DNA of 64,000 nucleotides, from contig OX597823.1 in assembly GCA_951406725.2 (NCBI GenBank), forward strand, positions 4,464,001 to 4,528,000, in the 5' to 3' direction. The notes beneath the pieces were generated by a model, which was given only the letters and a program-made list of their open reading frames with translations, was not told where the DNA came from and did not search any database. Of the stretch, positions 24,991 to 39,471 are shown piece after piece (position 1 is the stretch's first letter; the number at the start of each line of letters is the position of its first letter). A program made the position numbers and the translations under genes. This stretch comes from Octopus vulgaris (taxonomy: Eukaryota).

Positions 24991-27900
24991 TGTCCCTTTC
25001 TGTAGAAAAGCATAGGCTCGAAACGTAAAAGACTTTTTCTATTCCTGAGCGTTATACTAATACATATGTTTGTTTTGTACACCACCTGTCTTCGTCTTTT
25101 GTTTTTTTGTGAACTCTCCAACTCTCCCCCTATACATACACATATATATATATATATATATATATAGACATGTATGTATATACATACATATACATATTTA
25201 CATATATGTGTGTGTGTGTGATCTGTATAAACATAATGTGATAAAGTGTTCCCCTGAAGAACTGCTGTGGATCTACATCCAACTGCACTATGAACACCCG
25301 CGGCAGAGGATGCAAATAATGATAATGATGAACTATACATTAGGAACAAGTGGTATAAACTGTGTCTTGTTTATTGTACTTTCCACTCACACACACACAT
25401 ATTCATTCAAAGGGCTTCCTCACAGTCTCCATCTACCTATTCACTCACAAGGTAATTGTTGGTTTGCATCTACAGTGAAAGATTTTCAACCAAAATACCA
25501 AATTGTGGGAGCAACCTTAAGACGACGTGGTTACAAGATGAACTCTTTAACCACGTAGCCAAGCGTTTGCCTAATCATACAAGGATATTTTTTATATTGT
25601 TAAAAGACTTATTATTATTATGTAATAATTATTAATCTCAATAAATATTCTATTAAATATAAACGGAGGTTTTATTTGTTGCTCAATTGGTTCTGTGTTT
25701 ACCTGATCATTAATAAACCAGAAATCGAAATCAATCAAAAATCAATGGAAATTGTAGTTGTGATCCCTGTGCCAGTGGCACGTAAAAAGCACCATCCGAA
25801 CATGGCCGATGCCAGTGCCGCCTTGACTGGATTCCATGCCTGTGGCACATAAAAAGCACCAACCGATCATGGCCGTTGCCAGCCTTGCCTGGCACCTCTG
25901 CCGGTGGCACGTAAAAAGCACCCACTACACTCTCGGAGTGGTTGGCATTAGGAAGGGCATCCAGCTGTAGAAACACTGCCAGATCAGACTGGAGCCTGGT
26001 GCAGCCTTCTGGCTTCCCAGATCCTGGTTGAACCGTCCAACCCATGCTAGCATGGAAAACGGACATTAAACAATGATGATGAGGATGTTACTTCATTAAT
26101 AAACCATTAATTAACCAACAGATCATTAATGAAGCAATGAGGTGTTATTTTCTACTTCAATAAGATCCTTTGCCAAGAAGAGCATAATATCTAACGTTTC
26201 AGTATTTGCCTTTCATCTGTGAGTCACCGAAAGGACTTGGGTGAGACTAGAGAAATTGTTACCTTGGGAGCAGAATTTCTAATGAAAAAATTATGTAAAT
26301 TAATCTCATCATTGTTTAATGTCCATATTCCATGATGGTATGGGATGGATGATTTAACAAGGCTCAGTCGGCTCAAAGACTTCATGCTCCGATGTCTACT
26401 TTGGTAAGGTTTCAATGGCTGGATGCCCTTACTAATGGCAACCACTATATAGCGTGCCCCACTGCTTTTTTCATGGCACCAGCACTAATGAGGTTAGCAT
26501 GCAGCCTGCAAGTCAAAAATAGTATGCCTTTCGTCTAATGCAGAAGGGCACTGGTGATTCATGGTGTTGTTGCTTTGACAAGGAGTAAATAAATGAAGAG
26601 ACTGTTACTGAAGGAAGGAAATGGCCAAGAGAGGATGGTGTTGTGTGAGGGTTTTAGGTAAGAGTTCTTATGTGAATGAGTTGAAAGCTAATAATTGGGG
26701 CTGGGAGAGTCATTACCTGAAATGCAAACAAAATAAAGCAAGGGGAAAAATTCAAATAAAAAGGTCTGTACCCTAAGCAGATAGAGGAGACAAAGGGCAA
26801 CCATAGCTAGAATTTGTGAAGCTGCATCACTTAGCCGTTGGCTCATGATTGGAAGGGCATGAGTTCAATGCTCAGAGGCTCACTGTGTGCTTGAGCAAGA
26901 AACTTGATTTTTCACTGCTTCAGTCTACTCACCTGGCAAAAATGAATTGTACCTGTAATTTAAAAGGGGCCAGCCTTGTCACATTCTGTAATACCAAAAT
27001 TTAAGTTTCTATTGTTTCTCGTTAATTTCACAAGCAGGCTGTTCCATTGATTGGATAAACTGTATCCCTCATCATCATAACCAACAGAGTGTCAGTATAA
27101 CTAAAGTTAAGGCGGCAAACTGGCAGAAACGTTAGCACGCCAGGCAAAATGCTTACCAGTATTTTGTCTGCTGTTACATTCTGAGTTCAAATTCCGCCAA
27201 GGTCAACTTTGCCTTTCATCCTTTCGGGGTCGATAAATTAAGTACCGGTTATGCACTGGGGTCAATGTAATCGACTTAATCCCTTTGTCTGTCCTTGTTT
27301 GTCCCCTCTGTGTTTAGCCCCTTGTGGGCAATAAAGAAATAAGTATAACTAAAATTTAAATATTTACAGACATAGACAACCTCCTGCACAGAAGCAAAGC
27401 CGACAGTTCAGAATCATAAGAAGTCAAGGTATTCATTCATTCTGCAAGGGGAAGAAGTTTCTAGGTTTAAGATAAAAAGGTTTTTTCCTGTGGATGTTTG
27501 ATGAGTTGCAGTATAGAATAACTGATACTTCATTTTAACAACCCCGAAAAGATGAAAGGCAAAGTCAGCTTCCGTGGAATTTGAACTCAGAACATAATGA
27601 CAGATGAAATGCTGCTAAGCATTTAGTCCAGCATGCTAATGATTCTGCCAGCTCACTGCCTCCTCATCAGCACTAATAACAACAATAGTTAATTAGGTGA
27701 GAATATATATTTAATCTTCAAACTACGAACACTTCTAACGCTAACGAATCTGAGACTGCCTCTTTTTCTATGATACAAACGTGCTGTTTCAAAGTAATCC
27801 TAATTAAAACCCTCCGTCAAAGTTTCATGCTAATTAATATATGTTCCAAACACCAATTATTTTACTAAATTCTTCGTTATTTCCAAAATTAATTGAAACA

Positions 27901-28200
27901 AAATCTGTATATTTCAACAGAAATAGAATATCAAAAGGATAAAAGTGAACCAAAGCAAAACCTTCCATCAAAATTTAAAGTTAATTTATATTCCAAAGAC
28001 CAGCTTGATAAATTTTTTTAATTAGCTGAAACGAAAATCCGTGTATTTCAACAGAAATATGATAACAAAAGGGTTTAAAAGCTAAATGTAAGAGCAAGCA
28101 ATTCTTTTAATTTTTTTTTTGTTTCCATAACATAATTATTCTTTTAATAGATTATGTTCCATAATGAAACTTTTGAACGAATCTTACTTAAGATGTGTAG

Positions 28201-28330
28201 GGTGAATAAACTTAAGGCCATTTGCTAATTTCAGAGTCTGGTGAATAAACTTAAGGCCATTTGCTAATTTCAGAGTCTGGTGAATAAACTTAAGGCCATT
28301 TGCTAATTTCAGAGTCTGGTGAATAAACTT
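28201..28330. repeat. 39-bp perfect tandem repeat, 3.3 copies
   Basis: Unit GGTGAATAAACTTAAGGCCATTTGCTAATTTCAGAGTCT. Confidence 0.95.
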
Positions 28331-29628
28331 GTGACACCGTTAATTTTGCAAGCTCCTCCACACTTGACTTGGCTAAATTAGGAGAAAGCGGAAGAACATG
28401 ATTCTAATAAGAATCAAAATTACCATTTGCCAAACATTCTCCCTCTCTCTCTCTGTTTTTATATTGGGTTTGGCATCAACTTCTCTGAAGACACTCACAA
28501 CATTGAATCATACGACTGCCACAGAAGGCCTCATCTTCATATAGTGTTTTTGCTGTTTTTGTTTAACTCCAGGTCAGTCTCAACTGAGCAGGCCTATGAG
28601 CAAAAAAGCATTCTAGCCATGGCCATCCCATATTTTCAGGCTTTCTCACAAACTACAATAGTGTTTCTCAAACATTCTAACAATCATCTCTTTTCATTTA
28701 CCAAAACCTTTTACAAAACCCTCAATGCACTCCCACCCCATCAATTTTTTAGGGCCATACGCATAAGGCATGTGGCCTGGTGGTTATGCCATTGCACTCA
28801 ATATCACTAGATTGTGGGTTTGATTCCAGAACTGAGCAGTGTACTGTGCTTTTGAGCAAAACACTTCTTTTCATGTTGCTCTCGTGGCAGAATCGTTGAT
28901 GTATTGGCAGAAATGCTTTACAGTATACCTTTCAGCTCCCTACATTCTGAGTTCACAGTCTGTGGCATGGCTGGCCCTTTGAAATACAGGTACTACTCAT
29001 TTTTGCTAGCTGAGTGGACTGGAGCAACATGAAATAATGTGTCTTGCTCAATGGCACACTGTGCAACCAGGAATAAAACTCCTGATTGTGAGCCAAGTAC
29101 CCTAACCACTTGGCCACACACCTGCACAATGTGTCTGAACAATAGATGGAGGGATCTCAGCTGAAGTGCTTTCGGTTCTTGCTCTGTTTCGTTGACACTA
29201 AACAAGAACAGTTAATAGAACAGTTAACTGTTCTTGACAACAATAACAATTAATAGGGTGGAAACCTATTTAATCCCTGGAGCTTTGAAAAATCTTGAAA
29301 TAGGATCCTTTTTTAATAGATTATCTTCCAAAGAAATTATTTGAAGGCTTTTGTTGAATAAATTCCAAGACATAACTTCATCTTGGCTGCTGAGTTAAGT
29401 TTCCAGTCTGCAGTATTTTATGTGTAAACATATTTAAAAGGGCCAGCCATGTCATAGACTGTGTCATGCTGAATCTCTCTAAGAATAATGTCATGAGTAC
29501 GTGTCTGTGGAGCACTCGTCCACATACACATTAATTTCATGAACAGGTTGTTCTGTTGGTTGAATCAATTGGAACCCTTGGCATTGTAACAGACACTATG
29601 CTGGTATGTGTGTGTGTGTGTGGGTATG

Positions 29629-29659
<31 letters not shown>

Positions 29660-29660
<1 letters not shown>

Positions 29661-29953
29661 GAGGCGCAATGGCCCAGTGGTTAGGGCAGCTGACTCGCGG
29701 TTTTGATTCCCAGACCGGGCGTTGTGAGTGTTTATTGAGCAAAAACACCTAAAGCTCCACGAGGCTCCGGCAGGGGGTGGTGGCAATCCCTGCTGTACTC
29801 TTTCACCACAACTTTCTCTCACTCTTTCTTCTGTTGGCCTGCTCGCTTAGCCAGCGGGGTGGCATCATTTGAAGGCTAAAACAATGTTAAGCGCATTGTG
29901 ACCAGCGATGAGTAGCAACATCTGATAGCCTGGTCAGTCACGGTGATCACGGT
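29660..29953 (+). mobile_element. tRNA-derived SINE family D
   Basis: GGAGGCGCAATGGCCCAGTGGTTAGGGCAG head; tail CTGATAGCCTGGTC..GTGAT also seen inverted at about 11297-11355 and 63915-64000. Confidence 0.7.
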
Positions 29954-29974
29954 AAAATATATATATATAAAGTT

Positions 29975-30660
29975 GTAGTCAACTTACGACAACGATTGGT
30001 TCTGACCAACTGGTTGTAAGTCGATGTGGTCATAAGTGGGTTTATAGGCCAACATAGCTTTGTTTTATATTTTTACATGCTTCAGGTACATTCTCTGGTA
30101 AAAGTCACACACACCATTCTGTATTATACAACAGTGTTATTTGTTCAGAGTTTCAAGCAGTCGTCTTATAAACAAATATGAGGTTGCCTCAATGTCTCTG
30201 TGACAGGATATTTCATCCAACACGTCGGAGAACCACAGTGGCGATCGTAAACCAAACCTAGGGTAAGCGTTTGTTAGCTGAAGTCATCCGTAGATAGGTT
30301 AATTTCTAAGGCAAGCTGGCAGAAACTTTAGCACACTGGGCGAAATGCTTAGTGGTATTTTGTCTGCTGCTACATTCTGAGTTCAAATTCCACTGAGGTC
30401 AACTCTGCCTTTCATCCTTTCGGGGTCGATTAAACAAGTACCAGTTACACACTGGGGTCAATGTAGTCGACTTAATCCGTTTATCTGTCTTTGTTTGTCC
30501 CCTCTGTGTAGCTCCTTGCGGGCAGTAAAGAAATAAGATGGGTTAATTTCTAAGAAATGAAACCCATTAGATTTCAACTGGACTATATATCATAGCTGCT
30601 GGGAGCTGGCGTGCCAATCATCATAAAGTCGATCAGTCGTAAGTCGCTGATGACCTGTAT
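29975..30660. mobile_element. Tigger/pogo-like MITE interrupted by a SINE
   Basis: Subterminal ACTTACGAC / GTCGTAAGTC inverted motifs; right end ACCTGTA. Confidence 0.55.
30311..30540 (+). mobile_element. SINE family B with a 14-bp TSD (representative)
   Basis: GCTGGCAGAAAC..GAGTTCAAATTCC..TAAAGAAATA; TSD GGTTAATTTCTAAG at 30297-30310 and 30541-30554; copies about 17327-17557 and 27110-27342. Confidence 0.85.
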
Positions 30661-30680
30661 ATAAATATATATAAATATAT

Positions 30681-30714
<34 letters not shown>

Positions 30715-33700
30715 GTGAGTGTACGTTTGTGACACCCTGTCTTGACATTGTGTGACAGTTGTACATAAATGTCACCGTCCTTCATTTCCAATCTTCTGTG
30801 AAAAACATATCTAGCCATGGGGCAATATTGTCTTGCTTGGAAACAGATGAGGGTCAGTAATAATAAAACATTCAACAATGGAAAATTTGGCTCAACAAAT
30901 TCTGACAGGTGCAAGCATGGAAAAGTGGAGGTTAAACTATGATAATGAAGAATATATCTCAGACCACATCAACCAATAGGCTCTGTCTTTCTTTCTAAAA
31001 TCAGAAAATATGATTTGAAGAAGATTTGACAGCTATGTCTTGCAGGTTAAACAGCCATGTAGAGGCTCCCTTACTGACTTGTAAAGGGGATGAGGGTATA
31101 AGGATTTATGACAGTAGATCTCAACCATGACCCCTTTCAGTCCTATTTTACTCTACTGAACACTCACAACCATTTGATGTTTAAAAAAACCCTATTATAT
31201 TTTTGGAATGAAATATTTTTAGGAATTGTGTAAAAAAAATTGCTAAAATATTTTGTCTCGTAGAAATAAAGCAACTTGTTGCACATAAATGTTAACAACA
31301 AAATCTTACATGGAACCTGGTTGAGGACCACTGATTTATGAGAAAGAAGAATATATTGTCATACCTGAATTAGTAACCATTCAATATAGAAACCAACAAA
31401 GTTGCAAATGGTTAACCCATTTCATACCAACTCACCTGAGACTGCTGCTGGTTCTATGATACAAATTTACTGTTTAACCCTTTTGTTATCATTTTTCTGT
31501 GGAGATGTTCGGTGTTTCTTTCAATTGATTTTAAATATAACAAAGAATTTAGTAAAATAACTTAGTTATCATTCAGCTAGTGTCAGGAACATAAATTGTG
31601 ACTAAGGTGGTTTAGTGGAAGACTTTAATTCAGAACTTTTAAAAACAAGACATTTGTACTACAGAGCCAGAGCCAGTTTCAGCCGGGTTGGTATTGAAAG
31701 GGGTAAAAAGATCTAAAAATTTCCATCAAAATTTATTAATTTAGGTTCTAAACACCAGGTTAATAATGACAAAATTATTTTGATAAAGTTTTCATAGGTT
31801 TCAAAATTAACTGAAGCAAAAACAGAGTATATCTACAGAGATTTGATCAAAGTGTTGAAATTAATCTAAGCCGCAAACCATATAAAAACCCCCAAAGAGT
31901 GAATAAACAACAAATCAAACAAGAGACCCAAATAATTCTTACACCAGAAACAGGACTGACCGAAACATCTTGACATCAATAAATAGAAAGCAATGGAATA
32001 ATCTGCTGGGATATCTCAAAGAAACTAATTAATCTTTAATCTTTTGTTTCAGTCATTAGACTGTGGGCCATGCTGGGGCAATGCTTTGAAGAATTTTTAG
32101 TGGAATGAATTGACCCCAATACTTCTATCAATCTCTTTTGCCAAACCACTAAGTTATGGGGATGTAAACACACCAATATCAGGTGTCAAGCTGTGGTGGG
32201 ACACACACACGACAGGCTTCTTTCAGTTTCCGTCTACTAAATCCACTCACAAGGCTTTGGTTGGCCCAAGGCTATCGTAGAAGACACTTGCCCAAGGTGC
32301 CACACAGTGGGACTGAACTTGGAACCATGTGGTTGGGAAGCAAGCTCCTTACCACACAGCCACTCCTGCACACCTATACTTGATTTGTTTCTTTGTTTTT
32401 TAATTAACTGCAAATCGAATAAACTTTGATGAAAATAAATTTGTAGATACTTGAGTAACGGAGTTTCTGAAAATATGTTAAACCTGTTTCAATTGATTCT
32501 GAAAATAACGAAAGATTTAGTAAAATAATAATTGTTGTAATTAACTTGGTGCAAGGCCATGAAGAGGCAGGATCATTAAGAGAGCAGGCAATTAATGCTT
32601 AGCAACGTTTCCTCCATCTTCTGAATTCAATTTCTGCTGAGGTTGCCTTTGCTTTAAATCCTTTCAGGGGTCAATAAAAAGAAAGTACCAGCTGAGTAAG
32701 TACTGGAGTCAATGTAATTGACTTAACCCCCCCCCCCAAATTCCAGGCATTGTGTCAAAATTTGAAACTATTAACTTAGTGCTTGGATTATAAGTTAACA
32801 TGGAATTTTGATGGAAGGTTTTAATATAGATTGCTTTAAAACGGGAAATTTGTATCACAAAACCAAGAGACAGTCTCTGGCGAGTCAGTACCAAAAGGGT
32901 TAAATCACACCCACCATCATTGGATGATGATGTCTGGGATTTACAGGGATTAAATAAATAAATAAAAATGACTGGATGGTCATATTTGAGATGCTTTTGA
33001 CCAAAGGTTTGCTTAGCTTTTTTTAACCCTATTTCTGTTGAAATACGTTGCCTGTTTCAATTAATTTTGAAAATAATGAAGAATTTAGTAAAATAATTTT
33101 GACATAATTGAAACCAGTATTTGGAATATAAATTACAAATTCTGATGGGAAAGACCACTTTAGACCAAAGTTTGTATCATAGAACCAAGGACAGTCTCAG
33201 GCAGGCTGGTTTCAAAAGGGGTCCAATAACTTTTATATTATTTATGTGAATAAGAGACAACACTGTTATATTCAATGTGAATTAACACCCAAATTTTTTG
33301 GGGTTCAAACTAAAAGATCTGAATATTTCCCCTAATGAAGTATGCATATCACAGGATGTGTGTGTGTGTGTGTGTGTGTTGAAGGTCATGATACACAAAA
33401 ACTAATTAAATTTTTGCCAGCAGGTGAATATGATTACAAGATCGTTACTTCTTATAATTGCATTAGCTCAACACGAGGACCCACCACTCCGTAAAGAAAG
33501 AAGAATGTTAATCTCTCAAATACCAAACATTTCAACAAAAATGACTGACAATTTTCTCATTCTTTCTTTTATGCAAAGGATTAAAGCCAAAGGAATTTGA
33601 CTGGAAATACCTGAACGTTTATCCCCAACAGTCAGGGGCTTGCATGCACGCAATCCTCAACACTTGCCTACAGTTAGAAAAACTTTACAGGATTAATAAC

Positions 33701-34270
33701 TCTTATCTAAATTGATCAGAAATTTGTCTCGGGCATTGTTGCTTTCTTTACATTTCTTATTATTATTCTTTTTTGTCTTTTTCTTTTTTGACATGCATCG
33801 TGATGAAGACATATTCACTAATCGTTTACATCATTCTTAAGAGGCAAAAATAAAAGTAAAAATACAAAAATGTAGGAACACATGATCATCAGCATTGTTA
33901 ATTGAAATGAATTGGTTGTCAATGAAAGAAGTGATCTGTACAAGATGCCAAGTTCAAATCCCACCCAAATATTAATTTTCCCTGGGACCAATAAATGAAA
34001 AAATTTTTAGATATGCAATAAATTTTTTTCTTTTACTCATGTATCTTCAGACAGACATCATAAATGTGTTTCAATTCCTGGACCAGGTGATGCAGTGTGT
34101 TCTTGAACAAAACACTTTATTTCACATTGATCCAGCAAAAATGGGTAACCCAGTGATGGACGACAGATATCCTGGCTAAGGTGAGGAGATACATATATGC
34201 CACAGAAGCTGGGGAAACCAGCCTTATGAGCCTATGGCCCAGGAAGGACCTTTGATCCATTTTTTTGATG

Positions 34271-35636
34271 TACAGGGTGACCCAATATTCATCAGACCAT
34301 TTTAAAATATAACTTTTTTTTTTTACAATTAATCTTTTTGATCATTTTGTTTCAAATTATTGACATGTAATTCTTGGAAAATAATTATGGAGAAGTCTAT
34401 GAGAGCAATGAGTAAAAATAATCAAGTTTTATCTACAAAATCAACAATCAATTGCGCTGACCCCAAGCGCTTCCATTTGTCATTTTGGGGCCAGACAACC
34501 ACCATCTAAACAAGTGATAACTTATTTCAGTGATTTGGACAATAGTGGGATGTGACTGATTTGCCTCATGCAGGGAGGTCTCAGGACAGCATTCAGATTG
34601 CACAGCCGAGCACGGAAGAAGAGCCTTCAACAACAACAACAACCCAAAGGTGATTCCAGCAGCTGGGCGCTTCCTTAAGGTCACTACAGAAGATCCAGAG
34701 GATGCTGAATTTATTGCTTGTATATAGTGTAGTTAGTCTGCTGGCTTCAGTTCCTCTTCTGTCAGGTATGATGAGTATGTGCTGCCCAAATCCAGGAACT
34801 GGCAACGTCATTCCATTCTCAACTTCATTATCAGTGACAGGGCCAACTTTCATCTAAACAGTTTTGTAAACAAAATATACAATTCTGGAGGACAGGAAAC
34901 CCCAAGGTAATCCCCCAATATGAGCTGCACCTCATAAAACAGGAGAAAGATACCAGGACATGCTGGAGCATTTCATGCATCCTGCAGTTGAGAACACACC
35001 AGAGGTAATGGTGACAGCAAGATGGCACTACTGCCCATACAGCTTGCCCAATGATGGAACTCTTAAGTTAAATTTTTGGACAGAGGATAATTCTGAGAAA
35101 TTCTAAATTCAATTGGCCTTTTTGCTCATCTGATTTTTAACAGCTCTGGACTTTATATTGTGGGGATATCTGAAAGGCAGAGAACACCATAACGAACCTT
35201 GGACGAATTTAAGGCCAACATCCATGGAGAAATTGAAGGAATAAGAAACATCATAGATTGTGATGGAATGCTCTTTGGAGAGAGCCCACCTTTGTCAAGA
35301 ACAAAATGCTGGCCATTTGAAAAAAACGTAATTATGAAACTAATTAAAAATGTTTTTCAATAGGTGTAATGAGTGTAGTGGGTGCTTTTTACGTGCCGGT
35401 GGCACGTAAAAAGCACCCACTACACTCATGGAGTGGTTGGCATTAGGAAGGGCATCCAGCTGTAGAAACACTGCCAGATCAGACTGGACCTGGTGCAGCC
35501 TTCTGGCTTCCCAGACCCCAGTTGAACCATCCAACCCATGCTAGAATGGAAAGCGGGCGCTAAACGATGATGATGTGAATATTTAAGAGGGTTATCACAT
35601 TCTGGAATGGTTTAGTGATTTCTGGTCCAATCTGTA
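34271..35636 (+). mobile_element. Degenerate Tc1/mariner-superfamily transposon with an RTE-tail insertion near its right end
   Basis: TACAG..ACCATT imperfect TIRs; motifs IISDRANFHLNSFVNK, QQDGTTAHT, WP..LDFILWGYLK. Confidence 0.75.
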
Positions 35637-37210
35637 TATTGTTGAGAGATTTCATGACAACCAGTTGGTTGACTTTTATTTTGGATGAGGTTTATGATGT
35701 TGCAAATATTGCTGTAGCAACAACATCACCCCAGATATGGTAGTAACAATCCATTTTAGCTTTCCTTTCAGTTTTATAGAGCTGGCAACAATTGTGAGCT
35801 GAAATACTGTAGCCCTCTTGTGCTCAGGACACTGTTTTGGCTGTTGGGGTGGATGAGGAGTTTCCAAGAAATCATCAGAGATCGAGGCCAACAGTGAGGG
35901 TCATGAGGTTTGTCTTGAGGCTTTGTGTTGGTCAAGAAAAAGCAAAGTACAAGACCGTTTCCTTGTTGTGTGTAAAGTAAAATAGAAGAGTTTAGCAAGG
36001 TTGGGGGAGATCCCTTTGCAACTAGAAGGGACTGAGTAAGTACCATGCAGTTGTTGGTGTTTAACCACAGGTCACTCAACTGAACAGATCTATGATCAAA
36101 GACATTCCAGTCTTTTCATAAATCAGATACTACATTGTTCAAAATAACCTTAAATCCTTTAGCATTTAAACTGGCCACATCTGGCCCAGTTTAATGTTTT
36201 ATGTTCAAATTGGCCTCATTTGGCCTCTCACACCTACCCTATAATGTTGTTCTAAAAAGTAAGCAACCACACCATTGAGATCTCAAGGCTATAATGTAGG
36301 ATTAATTCAAAATAAATAAATACTACTTGTGCCAGTGCCACATTAAAAGCAGCCAACACACACTCTCAGAGTGGTTGGCATTAGGAAGGGCATTCAGCCG
36401 GAGGAACCAAGCCGGACCAGACTGGAACCTGGTGCAGCTCTCCGGCATTGGTCAAACCATCCAACCTATGCCAGCAAGGAAAACTGATGGTAAAGGATGC
36501 TGATGATGATGATGTTGATACATTTGAAAGAATAATCTGAATGCTAAAGGGTTAAGTGAGCAGAGTGTGATTTGAGGCTGTTTTTTCTAGGAAGTTGACC
36601 AACTCCATATAAGGTTCTCTGAGTGGTTGACAACAACAGGGTGGTATGCGATTCACTGCGTTTATAGCAACACTGACAACAGTTTCATTTGACTGCAACA
36701 TCAAGTGGTGATGGTGAAAGATATCCATTGTTCAATGAAGAGGATTCAATTGTTCAATTCACTGAAATACACCCCCACCCCACCCCGCCCATCCACCCAA
36801 ATTAATATGCAAGCAGCTGAGTATTCCACAGCCAAATGTACCCTTAACATAATTCTCAGCTAGAATCAGTGTGACAAGACTGTACCAGTTGCCTCATAGG
36901 TACACTCCAGCCATCAGGCGTCCCTTCCCTTTCCGTTGACCCAATTTCACTCACAGGATTTGAAACTGAACCGTGGCAATAATGAAAGACGCTTGCCACA
37001 GATGCCACACGGCAGGATCGAACCCAGGACCTTGCGGCTACAAAGCAAACTCCATAACCATTGAGCAATATTGCATCTACAACACTGAGTACTTCCCAAG
37101 CACATGGTTTTGGGTTCAGTCCCACTGCTTGGACAAGTGTCTTCTAGAATGGCCCTGGGCTGACCACAGTCTTGGGAGTCGATTTGGCAGGCAGAAATTG
37201 AAAGAAGCTC

Positions 37211-37254
<44 letters not shown>

Positions 37255-38932
37255 AGAGAGAAAGAGTATCCAGCAGAATTAAAAATGAAACCAGTCAAGG
37301 GGATAGAGGAGACTTGGAGAGAAGACAGGTACCACCAAGCAGTATGTCTATTGAAATAGACATTGGGGTCCACCTGGATCCACCATTTTAGGCTACGAAT
37401 CTGGAATGAAACACCACAAAATGTCCTGACACTCTCCCATCCCAACATATCCATTTTTTTATTTTGTGATGGTTAATAAATATCTTGACAAGAATACACA
37501 TAATTCTGTTCTGTGTAAAGAATAATAGTTTGAAGATAAGACAAAATATGGGAATATATGGGCCACAGGATGGAGTTATTTAATAACAGAGGTTAGGTGT
37601 GTATGGAAAACAATGTAGGAGACTAACAGCGTTCTTGGAGAGAGAAGAGAGAAAAAAAAAATCAACAAGATTAAATCGTTTCATTGAAAAATATTTCAAA
37701 TTAAGAAAAGAAAATTATAAGAGTACATCTGAACAACGTTTAGATGAACAGGTTTTAAATTGGAACAATCAAGGTTCAGGGATCTAATTAAAGATAGAGA
37801 CAGAACACCAATAAACACAGGAATAATAATAATAATAATAATAATAATATTGGTTTCAAATTTTGGCACAAGGCCAGTACTTTTACGGGAGTGGGGTAAG
37901 TTGATTACATTGACACCAATGCACAACTGGTACCTATTTTATCAACGCTGAAAGGATGAAAAGTAAAGTTGACCGTGGCAGAATCTGAAAGCAGAACAAA
38001 TGGAAGAAATGCAGCCAGGCATTTTATCCAAAATCCAAAAACAAGAATAATAATGTTGATTAAGAACAAGAAATATTCCATAAAGCTACATTATTATTCA
38101 CTATATTTGTCATTTAATAATCAAGCCGAGATAAACTAGAATAGAATACTATGGAAGTAGAGAGAAATGAGCAAATATATAATGCTGTGTGCATTGGCTC
38201 AGGTATCAGTTAATGGTTATTATAAAAAAAAAAATCTTTGCTATTAATGTAAACAGTATATTTATTTGAAGATCAACAGCAGTTTATGTGTCCACATAAA
38301 CTGCATGCGTTCAAAAACACCTGTATAATTATACACCTGTATAATTAAACTAACATATTTACTTAAGGAGAAACTATATTCTTATTTAACTTAACGTTAT
38401 CCAAAAACCTTAAAAACAATTTACTAAGAAAATCAATAGAAGACTATTGCCAATACCATTGACATTAAAGAAGGCAGGGTGAGAGAAGAGAGCTAGCAAA
38501 GATAAACAAACAGTCGTGGAAACAGAGTCAGCTTTAAAACTGACTCTTCAACAGCTGTTCATTGGGTCACATCTAACTGGTTGGCTTACGATTCATGCAA
38601 ACAGAGAATCTGGTACATTGTGTGTGTGTGTGTGTGTGTGTGTTAAAAACTGGCACTCTTTTAGTTACGATGATGAGTGTTCTGTTTGGTCCGATCAAAG
38701 CACAGCCTGCTCATGAAATTAACAGGCAAGTGGCTGAGCACTCCACAGACATGCGTACACTTAACGGAGTTCTCAGGGGTATTCAGTGTGACATCAAACA
38801 TGACAGGGCTGACCCCTTTGAAATACAGCATCTTGCCACTGGGTACGAAACCCACAATCTGAAGGTCGTGGCCAGATACTCAACCACTAAACAAGCACCG
38901 TTACTATGTGTGTGTGTGCACATGTGTGTATG

Positions 38933-38970
<38 letters not shown>

Positions 38971-39110
38971 AATAAAAAGGGCAAGCAACAGGTTGCTTAG
39001 CCACATACCAAAAAATTAGAAATAGCAGTCAAAGACTGCTTATTTGACTGCGGTCTTTGACTGCTATTTCTAATTTTTTGGTATGTGGCTAAGCAACCTG
39101 TTGCTTGCCC

Positions 39111-39155
<45 letters not shown>

Positions 39156-39407
39156 TAAAACTAGGATAAAATCTTCATAAGAAATTATCAAGTAGTTAGC
39201 ATGAAAAACCTCATAAGAGTAAAAATCTGTAAATTTTTTCACTTGAATATATTTGTTTATATTATATAGAGGGCATTATTACACATAAATGCTACACACT
39301 AGGAGGGACTCTTAAAGTCAAAACTACCAAAATAAACATATCGTACCGAATGCAAGTCTCGAAGCAAGTCATTTAAAAACAGAATATAAATTATAAATCT
39401 TGAATAC

Positions 39408-39471
39408 GCTGTACTGACGAGTAAGGGACGCAGCCACTGCGTTGATTATGAAATCACTGGAGATCTGCAGC
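39408..39471 (+). ncRNA. Type I hammerhead ribozyme motif, intact core
   Basis: GCTGTA CTGACGA GTAA..GACGCAG-cca-CTGCGTT..TTAT GAA ATC-actgga-GAT C TGCAGC; AUC triplet, predicted cut after 39465. Confidence 0.8.

Noticed and set aside
25250-25310. CTGAAGA..GAACAC CCGCGG hammerhead-like stretch (similar weak cases near 39765, 50630 and 56410-56470)
   Set aside because: Two or more core or helix defects; possibly decayed copies but not supportable individually
28201-28330. CRISPR-like repeat array
   Set aside because: Units are contiguous with no spacers, there are no cas genes, and the context is eukaryotic
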